Below are positions 44,770-56,966 of a stretch of DNA of 64,000 nt, piece after piece. The notes below the pieces were generated by a model. It ran no database searches. It worked only from the letters and a program-made list of their open reading frames with translations, and had not been told where the DNA came from. The DNA is taken from assembly GCF_000027125.1 (NCBI RefSeq), contig NC_017626.1; one strand, given 5' to 3'. This DNA comes from Escherichia coli 042. GTDB lineage: Bacteria; Pseudomonadota; Gammaproteobacteria; Enterobacterales; Enterobacteriaceae. The translations under genes and the position numbers were made by a program. The number at the start of each line of letters is the position of its first letter. Position 1 is the stretch's first letter.

Positions 44770-46248
44770 TCACCCCGCCCGTAAAAGCATTTTCATTTTT
44801 TCGCTGCGACAAAACTGACGCTTCACTTCCACCACCAGCGGATGGCGCGACAGCACAATCATCACTACAAACGCCAGCACGCCTGCGGCTATTTGCACCG
44901 CCAGCAGCATCCCCAGCGCCAGTTGCCCTTTCAGCACAATGCCCAGCGCATAACTGACCACCAGCGTCGGCAGCGAGAGATAAAACGGCAGCCATAAACT
45001 CAGGATGTACTGGCGATAACTGGAACCGAGCACCGGTTTAATCATCACGAAGTAACTCAGAATGGTGTTGATAATCTGCACCAGCAGGAAGCCGAGCGTG
45101 ACGCCGATTGCGCCCGCCATTTGCCCACCTATAACAATCGCCGGAATAAACAGAAAGGTTTTGAATACGTTGAATTTAAAGCTGATATCGACCCGCGCTT
45201 TCGCCATCAGCAGCGAACCAATCGGGTTCCCCACTGAGCGCAGCAGCCCCACCACACACAGTAAATGCAGCACCGGAATAATGCTGTTCCACTTCTCACC
45301 AAAGACCAGCGGTACAAAGTTATTCGACACCACCATCAGCCCCAGCAGCGCCGGAAAGTTGATAATCCCCACCACCGACAGCAGCTTGTAGAAGTTGACG
45401 CGCAGCTTTTCGGTGTCGTCCTGAATTTTGGCAAATGCCGGAAACAACACGCGGGTGATGATCGGGTTCAGCTTCATCGGCGGCACAACGGCCACGTTGT
45501 ACGCCAGGTTGTATCCCCCTGCCACGCCCGCGCCAAGAATACGCGCCAGCACCAGCGTTGAAAGGTTGGTGTTGAGATAGTTGATGATGCTGTCCGCCGT
45601 CAGCCAGGCACCAAAACGTAAGTTCGGTGCTACCGACGCCAGCGAGAAGTGCAGACCGGGACGATAAATTTTGCGGCCAAAGTAGCCAAACAGCAGCGTT
45701 CTTACCGTACTATTGACCAGATAACCGAGGATCGCGGTCATCGCCAGCGGCCAGAAATGGGCGCTAACCACAGTAAAAGTGAAGCCCGCCAGCACCGCGC
45801 TGGTTTCGATCATGCCGATTTTGTTGAACTCCAGCTCCTTCTGCATCAACGCGCGGAACTGTTGCCCGTGGGGGATCACCACAAACGCCAGCGACAATGT
45901 TTTAATCAACGGTGCCAGGTCCGGGTTATTCAGCACGTCGCCGATGAGATCACTCAACAAAAACACCGCCACGCACACCACGATCCCCAGCCCGACGTTC
46001 AGCCAGTACAGCGTGGTGAGTTCAAGGTGGCTGATTTCTTTTCGCTGAATAATCGAGTTAGCGATACCGAAGTCAGAAAGCGTATCTGCCAGCGCGATAA
46101 TCACCAGCGACACAGTCAGCAGGCCGAACTGGTGGTTGTCGATAATCCGCGCCAGCACGGTCATCTGTACCAGCCCGAGGCCGATGATGATCACCGTGGC
46201 AATCGCCGACCACTTCGCGCCGCTGATGGTTTTTTCACGTAAGCTCAT
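44770..46248 (-). CDS. wzxC: Colanic acid repeat-unit flippase WzxC, 492 aa
   Basis: Length and order as in K-12; multi-pass membrane protein. Confidence 0.9.
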   Translation of the reverse strand: MSLREKTISGAKWSAIATVIIIGLGLVQMTVLARIIDNHQFGLLTVSLVIIALADTLSDFGIANSIIQRKEISHLELTTLYWLNVGLGIVVCVAVFLLSDLIGDVLNNPDLAPLIKTLSLAFVVIPHGQQFRALMQKELEFNKIGMIETSAVLAGFTFTVVSAHFWPLAMTAILGYLVNSTVRTLLFGYFGRKIYRPGLHFSLASVAPNLRFGAWLTADSIINYLNTNLSTLVLARILGAGVAGGYNLAYNVAVVPPMKLNPIITRVLFPAFAKIQDDTEKLRVNFYKLLSVVGIINFPALLGLMVVSNNFVPLVFGEKWNSIIPVLHLLCVVGLLRSVGNPIGSLLMAKARVDISFKFNVFKTFLFIPAIVIGGQMAGAIGVTLGFLLVQIINTILSYFVMIKPVLGSSYRQYILSLWLPFYLSLPTLVVSYALGIVLKGQLALGMLLAVQIAAGVLAFVVMIVLSRHPLVVEVKRQFCRSEKMKMLLRAG

Positions 46249-46249
46249 A

Positions 46250-47644
46250 TCAATATGCCGCTTTGTTAACGAAGCCTTTGAATACCGTCAGGAAAACGAT
46301 TTTGATATCGAACCAGACGCTCCATTCGCGGATGTACTCAAGGTCGAACTCGACGCGTTTTTCCATTTTCTCCAGCGTGTCGGTTTCGCCGCGCCAGCCA
46401 TTAATCTGCGCCCAGCCGGTAATGCCCGGTTTCACTTTATGGCGCAGCATGTAGCCTTCAATGAGCTGGCGATACTGTTCGTTATGCGCCACCGCGTGCG
46501 GACGTGGACCCACAATCGACATCCCCCCGGTCAGCACATTGATAAACTGCGGCAGTTCATCCAGCGAGGTGCGGCGCAGAAAGTTCCCCACTTTGGTGAC
46601 GCGCGGATCGTTCTGCGTCGCCTGGGTCACCACTTTGTCGTTCTCCATCACTTTCATGGAACGGAACTTCCACACTTTGATCGGCTTGCCATCCATGCCG
46701 TAGCGAGTCTGGCGGAAAATAACCGGCCCAGGTGAGCTCAGTTTCACCGCCAGCGCAATGCAGCACAGCACCGGGGAGATCAGCAGCAGGATAAGCGTCG
46801 CCAGCACAATGTCTTCCGCACGTTTGAGCAGGCGGTTAACCCCGGAAAGCGGCGTGTCGTAAAGCGGCACCACCGGAACGCCGTTCATCTCTTCAAGACG
46901 TGAATGAAGAATGTTGAAGGTAAAAACATCGGGGATCAGCAGCACCGAACAGGTGGTGTCCGCCAGTTGATGGACCAGTTTTTTCACTCGCGCGCCGTCG
47001 CACATCTGCATCGCGATATAGACGTTATGAATCTTGCCCGCTTTTGCATCCTCTACCAGCTGTTGCAGATTGCCCGCCCAGTCGTTAGAAACGCCGCCCG
47101 GTTTTGGGTCGTGGTATACGCCCACCACTTCAAACCCTAACCACGGCTGATTACGGAAGCTCTCCATCAGCATTTGTCCGGCGGCTAAATCCCCCGCCAC
47201 CGCGACCATCCGCTTGTTATAGCCATGATTACGCAGCCAGCCCGCCCCAATGCGAATACATGAACGGCAAACCACCAGTCCGATGCTGGTCAGCCCATAC
47301 AACGCCAGCCAGATTTTCAGTTGCGTGTCGAAATCATTGTTGAACGCCACCAGTCCGGCGCTGAAAATCACGCTTAAGGTCCAGTTTTGTAGCAACAGAG
47401 CAAATTCTGTCGCTGCCCGAACACCGCGCCATGAGCGATAAAAATCGGTGATGCCGCCCAGCATCTGGAACACCACCAGCGTAATCAGCGCCACCAACAG
47501 GTGCATGTAGAGGAATGACAGTCCGCTGACTTCGCAAACCAGCCATAGTCCGGCAAACATGATGGTGATATCTGAAAAGCGTTGCACCATAGAGATTAAC
47601 GATGCATTGGTTTTCGCTCGCTCGCGCTTTTTTAGATTTGTCAT
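46250..47644 (-). CDS. wcaJ: UDP-glucose:undecaprenyl-phosphate glucose-1-phosphate transferase WcaJ, 464 aa
   Basis: Length and order as in K-12. Confidence 0.9.
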   Translation of the reverse strand: MTNLKKRERAKTNASLISMVQRFSDITIMFAGLWLVCEVSGLSFLYMHLLVALITLVVFQMLGGITDFYRSWRGVRAATEFALLLQNWTLSVIFSAGLVAFNNDFDTQLKIWLALYGLTSIGLVVCRSCIRIGAGWLRNHGYNKRMVAVAGDLAAGQMLMESFRNQPWLGFEVVGVYHDPKPGGVSNDWAGNLQQLVEDAKAGKIHNVYIAMQMCDGARVKKLVHQLADTTCSVLLIPDVFTFNILHSRLEEMNGVPVVPLYDTPLSGVNRLLKRAEDIVLATLILLLISPVLCCIALAVKLSSPGPVIFRQTRYGMDGKPIKVWKFRSMKVMENDKVVTQATQNDPRVTKVGNFLRRTSLDELPQFINVLTGGMSIVGPRPHAVAHNEQYRQLIEGYMLRHKVKPGITGWAQINGWRGETDTLEKMEKRVEFDLEYIREWSVWFDIKIVFLTVFKGFVNKAAY

Positions 47645-47698
47645 CGTTGTTCCTGTTATTAGCCCCTTACCCGCAGTGGGGTAAGGGAAGATCCGACA

Positions 47699-49069
47699 TT
47701 ACTCGTTCAGCAACGTCAGCAGAGTTCGCGTTCTCGCTTCCATCAGCGGCACATCACCGCGTGATTCCACATTCAACCGCACCACCGGTTCGGTGTTGGA
47801 GGAGCGCAGGTTAAAGCGCCAGTCGGCAAAGGTCATACTGATGCCATCGGTGCGATCCACCGCCAGCGCCTCGCGGCTAAAATGCTGTTCCACGCGATTA
47901 ATTGCCTCAACGGGTTGCGCCAGTTTGCTGTTGATCTCACCGCTTGCCGGAAACGCTGCCATCCGGTCGCGCACCAGTTCGCCCAGCGTTTTCCCTTTCA
48001 GGCACACCAGTTCGGCGACCAGCAGCCACGGGATCATGCCGCTGTCGCAGTAGGCAAAATCACGGAAGTAATGGTGGGCGCTCATTTCGCCACCGTAGAT
48101 GGCGTCTTCCTTGCGCATCCGTTCTTTAATAAAGGCGTGTCCGGTTTTCGACATTACCGGGGTGCCGCCTGCGGCCGTCACCACATCAACGGTGTTCCAG
48201 GAGAGACGCGGATCGTGGATGATCTTCGCGCCGGGATTTTTTTCGAGGAACGCTTCTGCCAGCAGGCCGACAATGTAGTAGCCCTCGATAAACTGCCCTT
48301 TTTCGTCAAACAGAAAACAGCGGTCAAAATCGCCATCAAAGGCAATGCCCATATCCGCGCCGTGTTTGATGACCGCATTGCGGGTGTCGTCGCGGCATTC
48401 CGGCAGCAATGGATTAGGAATACCGTTGGGGAAATTGCCGTCCGGCGTGTTGTGTACTTTGATGAATTCCACCGGTGCGCCGAGGGCGTTAAAGCGGGCT
48501 TCGATGGCGTCCACCACCGGACCCGCCGCGCCGTTCCCGGAGTTAATCACCAGCTTGAGCGGCGTGAGGTTTTTGACGTTGATATAACCGAACAGGTGAT
48601 CAACGTAAGCGTCACGCAGATTGATTTGCTGATAGCGACCGCGTTTGGTTTCATCGACAGGAGGGAAGTCATTGGCTTCTGCCAGGCGCTGGACGTCGCG
48701 CAGTCCGGTATCACCGCTGATCGGGCGAGCCCCTTCGCGCACCAGCTTCATGCCGTTGTAATCCATCGGGTTATGGCTGGCGGTAACTTCGATGCCGCCA
48801 TCCACGCCGAGATGGAACGTGGCGAAATAAATCTCTTCGGTGCCGGACATGCCAATATCCAGCACATCGACGCCCGCATCCTGTAAACCTTTCGCCAGCG
48901 CCAGTTTTAAGGTTTCGCTGGTGAGGCGGACATCACCGCCTAACACAATAGTTTTCGGTTTGAGAAATTCGCCATAGGCGCGACCAATGCGCCAGGCAAT
49001 ATTTTCATTCAGTTCTTCGCCTAATTTCCCGCGAATATCATAGGCTTTAAAGCAGGTTAATTTTTTCAT
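47699..49069 (-). CDS. cpsG: Phosphomannomutase CpsG (ManB), 456 aa
   Basis: Start set at [14 protein letters not shown]; active-site loop TASHNP. Confidence 0.9.
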   Translation of the reverse strand: MKKLTCFKAYDIRGKLGEELNENIAWRIGRAYGEFLKPKTIVLGGDVRLTSETLKLALAKGLQDAGVDVLDIGMSGTEEIYFATFHLGVDGGIEVTASHNPMDYNGMKLVREGARPISGDTGLRDVQRLAEANDFPPVDETKRGRYQQINLRDAYVDHLFGYINVKNLTPLKLVINSGNGAAGPVVDAIEARFNALGAPVEFIKVHNTPDGNFPNGIPNPLLPECRDDTRNAVIKHGADMGIAFDGDFDRCFLFDEKGQFIEGYYIVGLLAEAFLEKNPGAKIIHDPRLSWNTVDVVTAAGGTPVMSKTGHAFIKERMRKEDAIYGGEMSAHHYFRDFAYCDSGMIPWLLVAELVCLKGKTLGELVRDRMAAFPASGEINSKLAQPVEAINRVEQHFSREALAVDRTDGISMTFADWRFNLRSSNTEPVVRLNVESRGDVPLMEARTRTLLTLLNE

Positions 49070-49170
49070 ATCGTTACCCTTTTTCAGGCAATAGTTGGCC
49101 CTGACCGAAACGGCCAATTTTGTTTTTGTCGTTATTTACCGGAGAATTAATCCGGTTGATTATTCAACTG

Positions 49171-50607
49171 CTACACCCGTCCGTAGCGATCCGCGAAGCG
49201 CACCACATCATCCTCTTCGAGGTAAGACCCGGAGCGCACTTCAATTAAATCGAGTGGAATTTTCCCCGGGTTTTCCAGGCAGTGCGTCGCCCCCAGCGGA
49301 ATATAAATCGACTCGTTTTCACCAAGCAGTTTGATATCACCGTCAATAGTGACTTTTGCCGTTCCTGCGACAACCACCCAGTGTTCCGCGCGGTGATGGT
49401 GCATCTGTACCGACAAACCCTCGCCCGGTTTCACGGTGATGCGTTTCACCTGGTAGCGGTCGCCCGCGTCGATAGAGTCATATTTGCCCCACGGGCGATA
49501 CACTTCGCGATGCACCCGATGCTCATGGCGACCGTCGGCTTTGATCTGCTCGACCACTTTTTTCACATCCTGCACCGCGTTACGGTCGGCAATCAGCACC
49601 GCATCTTTGGTCTGCACCACTACCAGATCTTTCACCCCGACGGTGGTGACCAGGCCAGATTCGGCGTACACATAGCTGTTTTCAGTTTTGTGATTAATCA
49701 CATCGCCGTGGCAAACGTTGCCCTCGGCGGTGTGGGCGCTGATCTCCCATAATGAAGACCAGGAACCGACATCGCTCCAGCCCGCATCCATCGGCACCAC
49801 AACGGCATCTGCCGTACGTTCCATGACCGCGTAATCCACAGACTCTTCCGGGCAGGCGAGAAACGCTTCTTCATCCACACGAATAAAATCGAGATCCGGA
49901 TCGACGGCGCTCATCGCTTTTTCACAGGCGTCGAGAATATCCGGGCGATATTTTTTCAGCTCTTCTAGATAGCGTCCGGCGCGGAACAGGAACATACCGC
50001 TGTTCCAGTAATATTCGCCGCTTGCCACATAGGCCTGAGCGGTTTCCAGATTCGGTTTTTCGACAAACTGCGCCACTTCAAAGGCCACCGTATCCTGCTC
50101 ACCCGCCGACACTTCACCGCGACGAATATAGCCATATCCGGTTTCAGGTAGATCCGGCACAATGCCGAAGGTCACCAGCTTGCCTGCTTCGGCATACGGC
50201 ATGGCGTTACGCACGGCGGCACGGAACGCGTCTTCGTCGGCAATCACATGATCCGCTGCCAGCACCAGCATTAATGGGTCGCTCTCCGGGCTATGACGTT
50301 TTGCCGCCAGCGCCGCCAGCGCAATGGCAGGTGCAGTGTTACGCCCTGCCGGTTCGAGAATAATGTTCTCGGTGAGTTTGTTCAGTTGACGCAGCTGTTC
50401 CGCGACAATAAAGCGGTGCTGCTCATTGCAAATCACCACCGGGCTTTCGCACTCCACGCCGTTCAGGCGGCAGATGGTGGTTTGCAGCATGGTGAGATCG
50501 CCTTTCAGGCATAAAAACTGCTTGGGGTAAAGTACGCGGGAAAGCGGCCATAAGCGGCTCCCGGAGCCACCTGCCATCACAACTGGATAGAGTTTCGACT
50601 GCGCCAT
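49171..50607 (-). CDS. cpsB: Mannose-1-phosphate guanylyltransferase CpsB (ManC), 478 aa
   Basis: N-terminus ...[18 protein letters not shown]; length as in K-12. Confidence 0.9.
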   Translation of the reverse strand: MAQSKLYPVVMAGGSGSRLWPLSRVLYPKQFLCLKGDLTMLQTTICRLNGVECESPVVICNEQHRFIVAEQLRQLNKLTENIILEPAGRNTAPAIALAALAAKRHSPESDPLMLVLAADHVIADEDAFRAAVRNAMPYAEAGKLVTFGIVPDLPETGYGYIRRGEVSAGEQDTVAFEVAQFVEKPNLETAQAYVASGEYYWNSGMFLFRAGRYLEELKKYRPDILDACEKAMSAVDPDLDFIRVDEEAFLACPEESVDYAVMERTADAVVVPMDAGWSDVGSWSSLWEISAHTAEGNVCHGDVINHKTENSYVYAESGLVTTVGVKDLVVVQTKDAVLIADRNAVQDVKKVVEQIKADGRHEHRVHREVYRPWGKYDSIDAGDRYQVKRITVKPGEGLSVQMHHHRAEHWVVVAGTAKVTIDGDIKLLGENESIYIPLGATHCLENPGKIPLDLIEVRSGSYLEEDDVVRFADRYGRV

Positions 50608-50609
50608 AA

Positions 50610-51833
50610 TTATCCCCGAATATCATTTATAAATTGACGTAACACGTTCTCTTTATCGAGCGTGCGTTCGGCATATTCACGTGCCACCGTGTTGTGTTTG
50701 GGCAGCAGGAGCGCCTGACGAATCCCCGCCACCAGCGCCTCGACCGATTCCGGTTCAACGCAAACCGCAATGCCCGGAAAGGTTTCGCAAAGGTGTCCCA
50801 GTTCGGTGTGAGCTTCTGCGGTAATCACCGCGTTGCCGCCTACCGCCAGAATATTGGTCAGTTTCGACGGCAATACGGCATCCGCCGCGCCGCGTTTTTG
50901 CACCACCAGATGGCAATCGCCCATCTTCAGCAGTGCGGGTAAAGCGTCATACGATTGCAGCGGGAAGAATTGCATGTTGCGCAGTCCACGCTGTTGCGCC
51001 ATTTTTTCCAGTCGCGCTTTGCCGCCGCCCTGCCCGACAATGGCAAAAATCAGCGGTTCATCACGCAGGCGTTCGGCAGCTTCAATAACGTTTTCCAGCC
51101 CCTGCTTTTCACCAATATTGCCGGAGTAAAGAATGATTTTTTTGTTATCCGGCAGGCCAAGCTGGTTACGAAGGGCATCAACATCGGCCTCTGCGACATG
51201 CTGAAAACGGGTAATTTCTGACCAGTTGGGGAAGAAGATGACGTTTTCTGCCGCCACGCCTTTTTCGATGGCTTTATTCATCATCGAACGCGAAATCGTG
51301 GAGACGTTATCGACGTTATGCAGTCCGCTACGTTCGAACGCCGTTGCCAGCTGTGCCACTTTGCCGCCTTTGCCTTTTCCGGCAAGGCCCAGCCCCAGCA
51401 TGGCGTCCACTTCGTAATCCTGAATATGCAGCACGGTACGCGCGCCAGAGAGTTTCGCCAGCAGGCGCATTCCCGGCGTGCAAAACAGCGTTGGCACTAC
51501 GCCGATAATGCGATCCGGCTTCCAGCGACGTTGCGCCATCAACGGGAAAAAACTGCTGGCGGCAAAACTGCCGAGATGCAACAGGCGTTTCAGGGTGCTC
51601 GGCTGTTTTGGCACGTACAGCGGGCAGCGCCACACCGTGGCGGCCCCCTCTTCTCGTTTGTACCGCCAGGCGGAATAGTTCTCGCCCACCTGCCATTGCG
51701 GGTAGTAAGGCGGTGCGGTAATAACCCGCACCTCATGACCTTGTGCCGCCAGCCATTCCACCATCTCTCCGGTGTATTTGCCGATACCGGTTAACTCCGG
51801 CGAGTAGTTAATGCCGTAGACCAGTATTTTCAT
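50610..51833 (-). CDS. wcaI: Colanic acid glycosyltransferase WcaI, 407 aa
   Basis: Length and order as in K-12. Confidence 0.9.
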   Translation of the reverse strand: MKILVYGINYSPELTGIGKYTGEMVEWLAAQGHEVRVITAPPYYPQWQVGENYSAWRYKREEGAATVWRCPLYVPKQPSTLKRLLHLGSFAASSFFPLMAQRRWKPDRIIGVVPTLFCTPGMRLLAKLSGARTVLHIQDYEVDAMLGLGLAGKGKGGKVAQLATAFERSGLHNVDNVSTISRSMMNKAIEKGVAAENVIFFPNWSEITRFQHVAEADVDALRNQLGLPDNKKIILYSGNIGEKQGLENVIEAAERLRDEPLIFAIVGQGGGKARLEKMAQQRGLRNMQFFPLQSYDALPALLKMGDCHLVVQKRGAADAVLPSKLTNILAVGGNAVITAEAHTELGHLCETFPGIAVCVEPESVEALVAGIRQALLLPKHNTVAREYAERTLDKENVLRQFINDIRG

Positions 51834-52312
51834 AATCCGGGTACTCCGGCACGCTTCTCAGCGAGAAAATAGGCGCGGCTGTTAGCGTGAACATTGTCAC
51901 TGGCGAGCAGTGCATCCGGCGTCAGCCAGCGGTAATCGTCATGCTGCTCATCCGGCAGTAACAGCTCTTCTTCCGATACTCTGAAGCGAAAACCGAGCAC
52001 CACATAGTGAGTGGTGAAATCCGTGCCGGAGAAGTTATCGTCATAAAAGTGCTGCCAGACACCGTAAAACTGGCCTGCTGTTATCGGCAGACGCAGCCCC
52101 AGTTCCGCCATCGTCAGCCGCTCAAATGCGGCTTCCAGCGTTTCGTCTTTCTGCACGCGCCCTCCCGGCACAAACCAGTAACCCTGCGCCGGGCGGTTGG
52201 TTCTTTTGCCAAGCAGAAACTCGCCGCGACTGTTCTCGACAATAAAATCGAGAGAGACAAGCGGAGTGGAGCGCACTACCGTGGCAAAGTCTTCCTGACG
52301 TAAAAACATCAT
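51830..52312 (-). CDS. gmm: GDP-mannose mannosyl hydrolase (Nudix); start at 52312 or 52309
   Basis: Nudix-size ORF between fcl and wcaI; TAATG coupling with the fcl stop. Confidence 0.85.
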   Translation of the reverse strand: MMFLRQEDFATVVRSTPLVSLDFIVENSRGEFLLGKRTNRPAQGYWFVPGGRVQKDETLEAAFERLTMAELGLRLPITAGQFYGVWQHFYDDNFSGTDFTTHYVVLGFRFRVSEEELLLPDEQHDDYRWLTPDALLASDNVHANSRAYFLAEKRAGVPGL

Positions 52313-53277
52313 TACCCCCGAAAGCGGTCTTGATTCTCAAGGAACCACTGGTAAGTGCTGGCAAGCCCCGCTTCCAGTGAGATTTCGTGATACCAGCCAA
52401 GCTGATGCAGGCGCGTCACATCCAGCAGTTTGCGCGGTGTGCCATCTGGTTTGCTGGCATCAAAAACCACCCGACCTTTGTAACCCACCACTTTGGCGAT
52501 GGTTTGCGCCAGCTCGCGGATAGTGCAGTCAACGCCCGTGCCGACGTTAATGTGCGACAGCATCGGCTGGGTGTTCTCCAGCCAGACTTCGTGCGCCAGC
52601 TCCATGACATGAATGCTCGCCGCCGCCATATCATCGACATGCAGAAATTCGCGCATCGGTGTACCGCTGCCCCACACCACCACGTCCGGCGCATTCTGTG
52701 CCGTCGCCTCGTGGAAGCGACGCAGCAATGCAGGGATCACATGCGAATTACTCGGGTGGAAGTTGTCGTGTGGCCCGTACAGGTTGGTCGGCATGACCGA
52801 GCGGTAATCGCGTCCGTACTGACGGTTGTAAGATTCGCACAGTTTGATCCCGGCGATTTTGGCAATGGCATAAGGCTCGTTGGTCGGCTCCAGCGTACCC
52901 TGCAACAACTCGCTTTCTGCCATCGGCTGTTTTGCCAGTTTCGGGTAGATACAGGACGATCCGAGAAACAGCAGTTTGTTCACGTCGTTCTGATGCGCGG
53001 CGTGAATGATGTTGCTCTCAATCATCATGTTCTGATAGATGAAATCCGCCGGATACGTGTTGTTGGCGACAATGCCGCCCACTTTCGCCGCCGCCAGATA
53101 GACCTGGTCAATGCTTTCGCTGGCAAAGAAATCATGCACCGCCCGGCTGTCCAGCAGGTTCAGCTCGTCGCGGGTGCGTAATACCAGTTCCACATCACCG
53201 CGCTGTTCGAGCTGCCGCCTGATGGCAGAACCGACCATCCCGCGATGGCCAGCGATAAAAATGCGTTGTCTACTCAT
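52312..53277 (-). CDS. fcl: GDP-L-fucose synthase, 321 aa
   Basis: N-terminus [19 protein letters not shown]; length. Confidence 0.9.
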   Translation of the reverse strand: MSRQRIFIAGHRGMVGSAIRRQLEQRGDVELVLRTRDELNLLDSRAVHDFFASESIDQVYLAAAKVGGIVANNTYPADFIYQNMMIESNIIHAAHQNDVNKLLFLGSSCIYPKLAKQPMAESELLQGTLEPTNEPYAIAKIAGIKLCESYNRQYGRDYRSVMPTNLYGPHDNFHPSNSHVIPALLRRFHEATAQNAPDVVVWGSGTPMREFLHVDDMAAASIHVMELAHEVWLENTQPMLSHINVGTGVDCTIRELAQTIAKVVGYKGRVVFDASKPDGTPRKLLDVTRLHQLGWYHEISLEAGLASTYQWFLENQDRFRG

Positions 53278-53279
53278 GC

Positions 53280-54401
53280 TTATGACTCCAGCGCGATCGC
53301 CACGTCGTAGCCGTGAGATTTCAGCAGAGAGTGTTTTTTCGCCGCTTCGAGGTCATTAGCCACCATTTCAGACACCATCTCTCTGAGGGTGATTTCCGGT
53401 TTCCAGCCCAGTTTTTCGTGCGCTTTGGTCGGGTCACCGAGCAGCGTTTCAACTTCTGCCGGACGGAAGTAACGCGGATCAACGGCGATAATCACATCAC
53501 CCGGTTTAACGCCCGGCGCGTCATGCCCGGTGACGGAAACCACAATGCCCTTCTCTTCAACACCCGTGCCTTCAAAGCGCAGTTTGATGCCCAGCTGTGC
53601 TGCCGCCATTTCCACGAACTGACGTACGGAGTACTGAACGCCGGTCGCGATAACGAAATCTTCCGGCTGTTCCTGTTGCAGCATCATCCACTGCATTTTT
53701 ACGTAGTCTTTGGCGTGGCCCCAGTCACGCAGGGAATCCATATTGCCGAGGTACAGGCACGACTCCAGCCCCTGGGCGATGTTGGCGATTGCGCGGGTGA
53801 TTTTGCGGGTAACGAAGGTTTCGCCGCGGCGCGGGGATTCATGGTTGAAGAGAATACCGTTACAGGCATACATGCCGTAGGATTCGCGGTAGTTAACGGT
53901 GATCCAGTAGGCATACAGTTTGGCGACCGCATACGGAGAGCGTGGATAGAACGGCGTGGTTTCTTTCTGCGGAATTTCCTGCACCAGACCATACAGTTCA
54001 GAGGTGGAAGCCTGATAGAAACGGGTTTTCTTTTCCAGACCGAGGAAGCGGATCGCCTCCAGCAGGCGCAGCGTACCCATCGCATCGACGTCTGCGGTAT
54101 ATTCCGGTGACTCAAAAGAAACCGCAACGTGGCTCATTGCGCCCAGGTTGTACACTTCATCCGGCTGCACTTCACGCAAAATGCGCGTCAGGTTGGAGGT
54201 ATCACTCAGGTCGCCATAATGCAGATGGAATTTCGGGTTGCAGGTGTGCGGATCCTGATAAATGTGATCCACGCGCTCGGTGTTGAATGACGATGCACGA
54301 CGCTTAATACCATGCACCTCGTAACCTTTTTCCAGCAGAAACTCTGCCAGGTAAGAACCGTCTTGTCCGGTTACACCGGTGATGAGAGCGACTTTTGACA
54401 T
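53280..54401 (-). CDS. gmd: GDP-mannose 4,6-dehydratase, 373 aa
   Basis: N-terminus [23 protein letters not shown]; length. Confidence 0.95.
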
Positions 54402-54427
54402 GTCTTATTCCTCTGTATTTTTTGAAT

Positions 54428-54976
54428 TTATTCAGTTTCAACGCGTTCGCGTATCACCACTGCGGGATTCCCCCGGCAAACCACATTTGCCGGAAGCGAT
54501 TTAAAAACACTGCTTCGCGCACCCACGACGGTGCCGTCGCCAATCGTGACGCCAGGCGCGACAAAGACATCGGTTGCCAGCCAGCATTTCTCGCCAATCA
54601 CAATAGGCGTGGCGTTAATGGTGAAATGTTGACTTGCATGGTCGTGGCTCCCGGTGCATAAATAACTTTTTTGCGATATCACCGAATGTGCGCCAATGGT
54701 TATTTCACCGAGGGTATATAAATTGACGTCATCGCCGACCCACGCGTAATCACCTAAGGTTAATTTCCACGGATAGGTAATTTTTACTGACGGACGAATA
54801 ACTACGTTTTTTCCTATTTTTGCGCCGAATAAACGTAATAAAAATGCCCGCCAGCGATACAATACTTGTGGCGACCAGGCAAATATTGTTGCCTGTACTG
54901 CCCACCACAATTGCACTTTAATAGCGTTGCCACCCCGGAACCCTTTCGGCACCGAGAATCCACTTAAATCCTGCAT
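54428..54976 (-). CDS. wcaF: Colanic acid acetyltransferase WcaF, 182 aa
   Basis: Length and order as in K-12. Confidence 0.85.
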   Translation of the reverse strand: MQDLSGFSVPKGFRGGNAIKVQLWWAVQATIFAWSPQVLYRWRAFLLRLFGAKIGKNVVIRPSVKITYPWKLTLGDYAWVGDDVNLYTLGEITIGAHSVISQKSYLCTGSHDHASQHFTINATPIVIGEKCWLATDVFVAPGVTIGDGTVVGARSSVFKSLPANVVCRGNPAVVIRERVETE

Positions 54977-54991
54977 CGTTTTCCCTTATAT

Positions 54992-55738
54992 TCAGCTTTT
55001 GTTATATAAGGCTTTCGTCTTTGAGGTAGTACGTTGGCGTAAATGCCAGGATAATTCTGCCCAGAAGCCAGGCACATGTAATATCTGCCGTTGGACTTTT
55101 TTGGCGTCAGCACATAATTCCATATTATTGGTGGTAGATACTCCACCCATAGAAAATTCAGACACCAGGCCATTGAGTTTTCTAAATGCATAACCAGCTT
55201 TATACATTTTGGCTGCCAGCGCGTAATCGGAAGAAACTTTATATTCCAGGTCATAACGCCATTTTTTCAAGCCGGATACCGGAAAAAATATCGCCTGATG
55301 ACTGGCGGGCAGGCTGTGATAAATATACCAGCCCGGTTTGGCGCTACGTTTAATTTTATGCCCGTCGCCAAAATCCAGCAGCGCATCGCCGGTGATCATC
55401 ACGTTATCTTTTTGCACTTTTAACTTACGGACAAAATTTGCGGCATCCTGATGAAAAATATCGCCTGAATTGAGAAACAGCGCGAACTTGCCTTGCGCCA
55501 TTTCAATACCTTTGTTCATGGCGTCGTAGATACCGTTATCTGGTTCGCTGACAAAGCGTAGGTTATAGATACCATTGAGATTTTCCAGATACTCACGGGT
55601 ACCGTCGTTGGAACCGCCATCGACAACAATCCATTCGAAGCTGATATCGTCCGCCTGCGCCAGATGCGCCAGAGAGGCGTGTGTTTTGACTATCCCTTCG
55701 AGGTTACGAAACGCGACAGTGATTATGCTAAGCAACAT
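54992..55738 (-). CDS. wcaE: Colanic acid glycosyltransferase WcaE (GT2), 248 aa
   Basis: Length and order as in K-12. Confidence 0.85.
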   Translation of the reverse strand: MLLSIITVAFRNLEGIVKTHASLAHLAQADDISFEWIVVDGGSNDGTREYLENLNGIYNLRFVSEPDNGIYDAMNKGIEMAQGKFALFLNSGDIFHQDAANFVRKLKVQKDNVMITGDALLDFGDGHKIKRSAKPGWYIYHSLPASHQAIFFPVSGLKKWRYDLEYKVSSDYALAAKMYKAGYAFRKLNGLVSEFSMGGVSTTNNMELCADAKKVQRQILHVPGFWAELSWHLRQRTTSKTKALYNKS

Positions 55739-55748
55739 GTTCTTATTC

Positions 55749-56966
55749 TTACCTCGTAATATTTAACGCTTTTCGCAAAATAAACGGACAGACGATTAAA
55801 AATGCATATTCCGGGCTAAATATCGAACCGGTAAAAAACAGCGATACCGGAGTAAAAAGATATAATTGCACGCGAAAATTGCGGTTATCACCAAAAGCGT
55901 TGATCATCATTTTTATCACTTTCCCCATGTACCACAGTGATAAAAACACCGCGAACCAGGAAAAATAAATAATCAGCAGATACAAACCATTGTCTATGGT
56001 TTTTCCGACATCCGCACCGTTAAATATTCCGAATGATGCGACATATTCATAAAGTGAGCCAAATCTGACTACACCGTCAATATGGGTCAAAGAATAACCG
56101 ACCATCACCAGCGGACCGACAATACGATAATATGATGACGATCCTTCCGTACCTAAATCGCCCAGACGGGTGGAAATATAAGGAAATGCAATTACCACAC
56201 CAACCAGGAATACAGCCAGAGAAATCAATGCTAACGGTAACTTTTTCTTAATCGCCTCTTTATTCAGATATTGAAATGCCCACTCCAGCAAATAAAACAG
56301 GATAAAGGTCATAACCCCTGAAAACGATCCGGATAATATTATCCCTGCGAGAATCATAGCATCGGTTTTAGGCGTTTTGATACCAAACTGTTTGATGCTG
56401 AGCCAAATTGAGATTAATGCCAGAGCGAAAAATGCCGGTTCGAAATAAAGTGCTGTCGTGCGCTTGCCGCCGAATTTAATGAAATTCAGCACATAGCTGT
56501 TGCTGTAAATCAGATATTTCGAAATCGACTCCATAATACTGCTGCCACCGGTGAGGATAATTTGCGCCATCTCCACCGCCGCCAGCGCCACCACCAGCCC
56601 GACCACCAGATAAAAGAAACGTAATATCTTGCGATGGTTGTGTGGCGAAATTGTTTTAAAGCGAATACTCCACACCATGCCAATAATGATCACAATATAG
56701 ACAAACAGCATGGTTGAAGTGACGTATTTACTGGCATCCAACGACTGACCAAACAGGTAGTTAAACGCCGTGAGTCCCGCACCAATCCCTAAGGCAATCA
56801 TCAATTTTTTAACGCTGATGCGCTCTAAAAACAGCAGTAACAAGACAGGTAAAAAAGTGACGATGGTGATGGGAAAACTTTCGCCAAGCTGGGCGATTTT
56901 GACGTTAACCAACAGGTAAATCAGCGGCAGCAGCAGGTAGCTACAGATTCTGATAGAAGTTGACAT
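55749..56966 (-). CDS. wcaD: Colanic acid polymerase WcaD, 405 aa
   Basis: Start set at [19 protein letters not shown]; multi-pass membrane protein; overlaps the wcaC end by 26 nt. Confidence 0.85.
   Translation of the reverse strand: MSTSIRICSYLLLPLIYLLVNVKIAQLGESFPITIVTFLPVLLLLFLERISVKKLMIALGIGAGLTAFNYLFGQSLDASKYVTSTMLFVYIVIIIGMVWSIRFKTISPHNHRKILRFFYLVVGLVVALAAVEMAQIILTGGSSIMESISKYLIYSNSYVLNFIKFGGKRTTALYFEPAFFALALISIWLSIKQFGIKTPKTDAMILAGIILSGSFSGVMTFILFYLLEWAFQYLNKEAIKKKLPLALISLAVFLVGVVIAFPYISTRLGDLGTEGSSSYYRIVGPLVMVGYSLTHIDGVVRFGSLYEYVASFGIFNGADVGKTIDNGLYLLIIYFSWFAVFLSLWYMGKVIKMMINAFGDNRNFRVQLYLFTPVSLFFTGSIFSPEYAFLIVCPFILRKALNITR

Noticed and set aside
44502-44784. 88-aa and 76-aa ORFs, and a possible CRISPR-like repeat
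   Set aside because: The ORFs are translations of REP/BIME palindromes; there are only two repeat copies, with REP consensus and no spacer architecture, so this is not a CRISPR array
47882-48886. 334-aa plus-strand ORF (also 52387-53181, 53313-54110, 60391-60951 and 60955-61539 on the plus strand)
   Set aside because: All are antisense to colanic acid genes (cpsG, fcl, gmd, wzc) whose lengths match K-12 exactly; shadow ORFs
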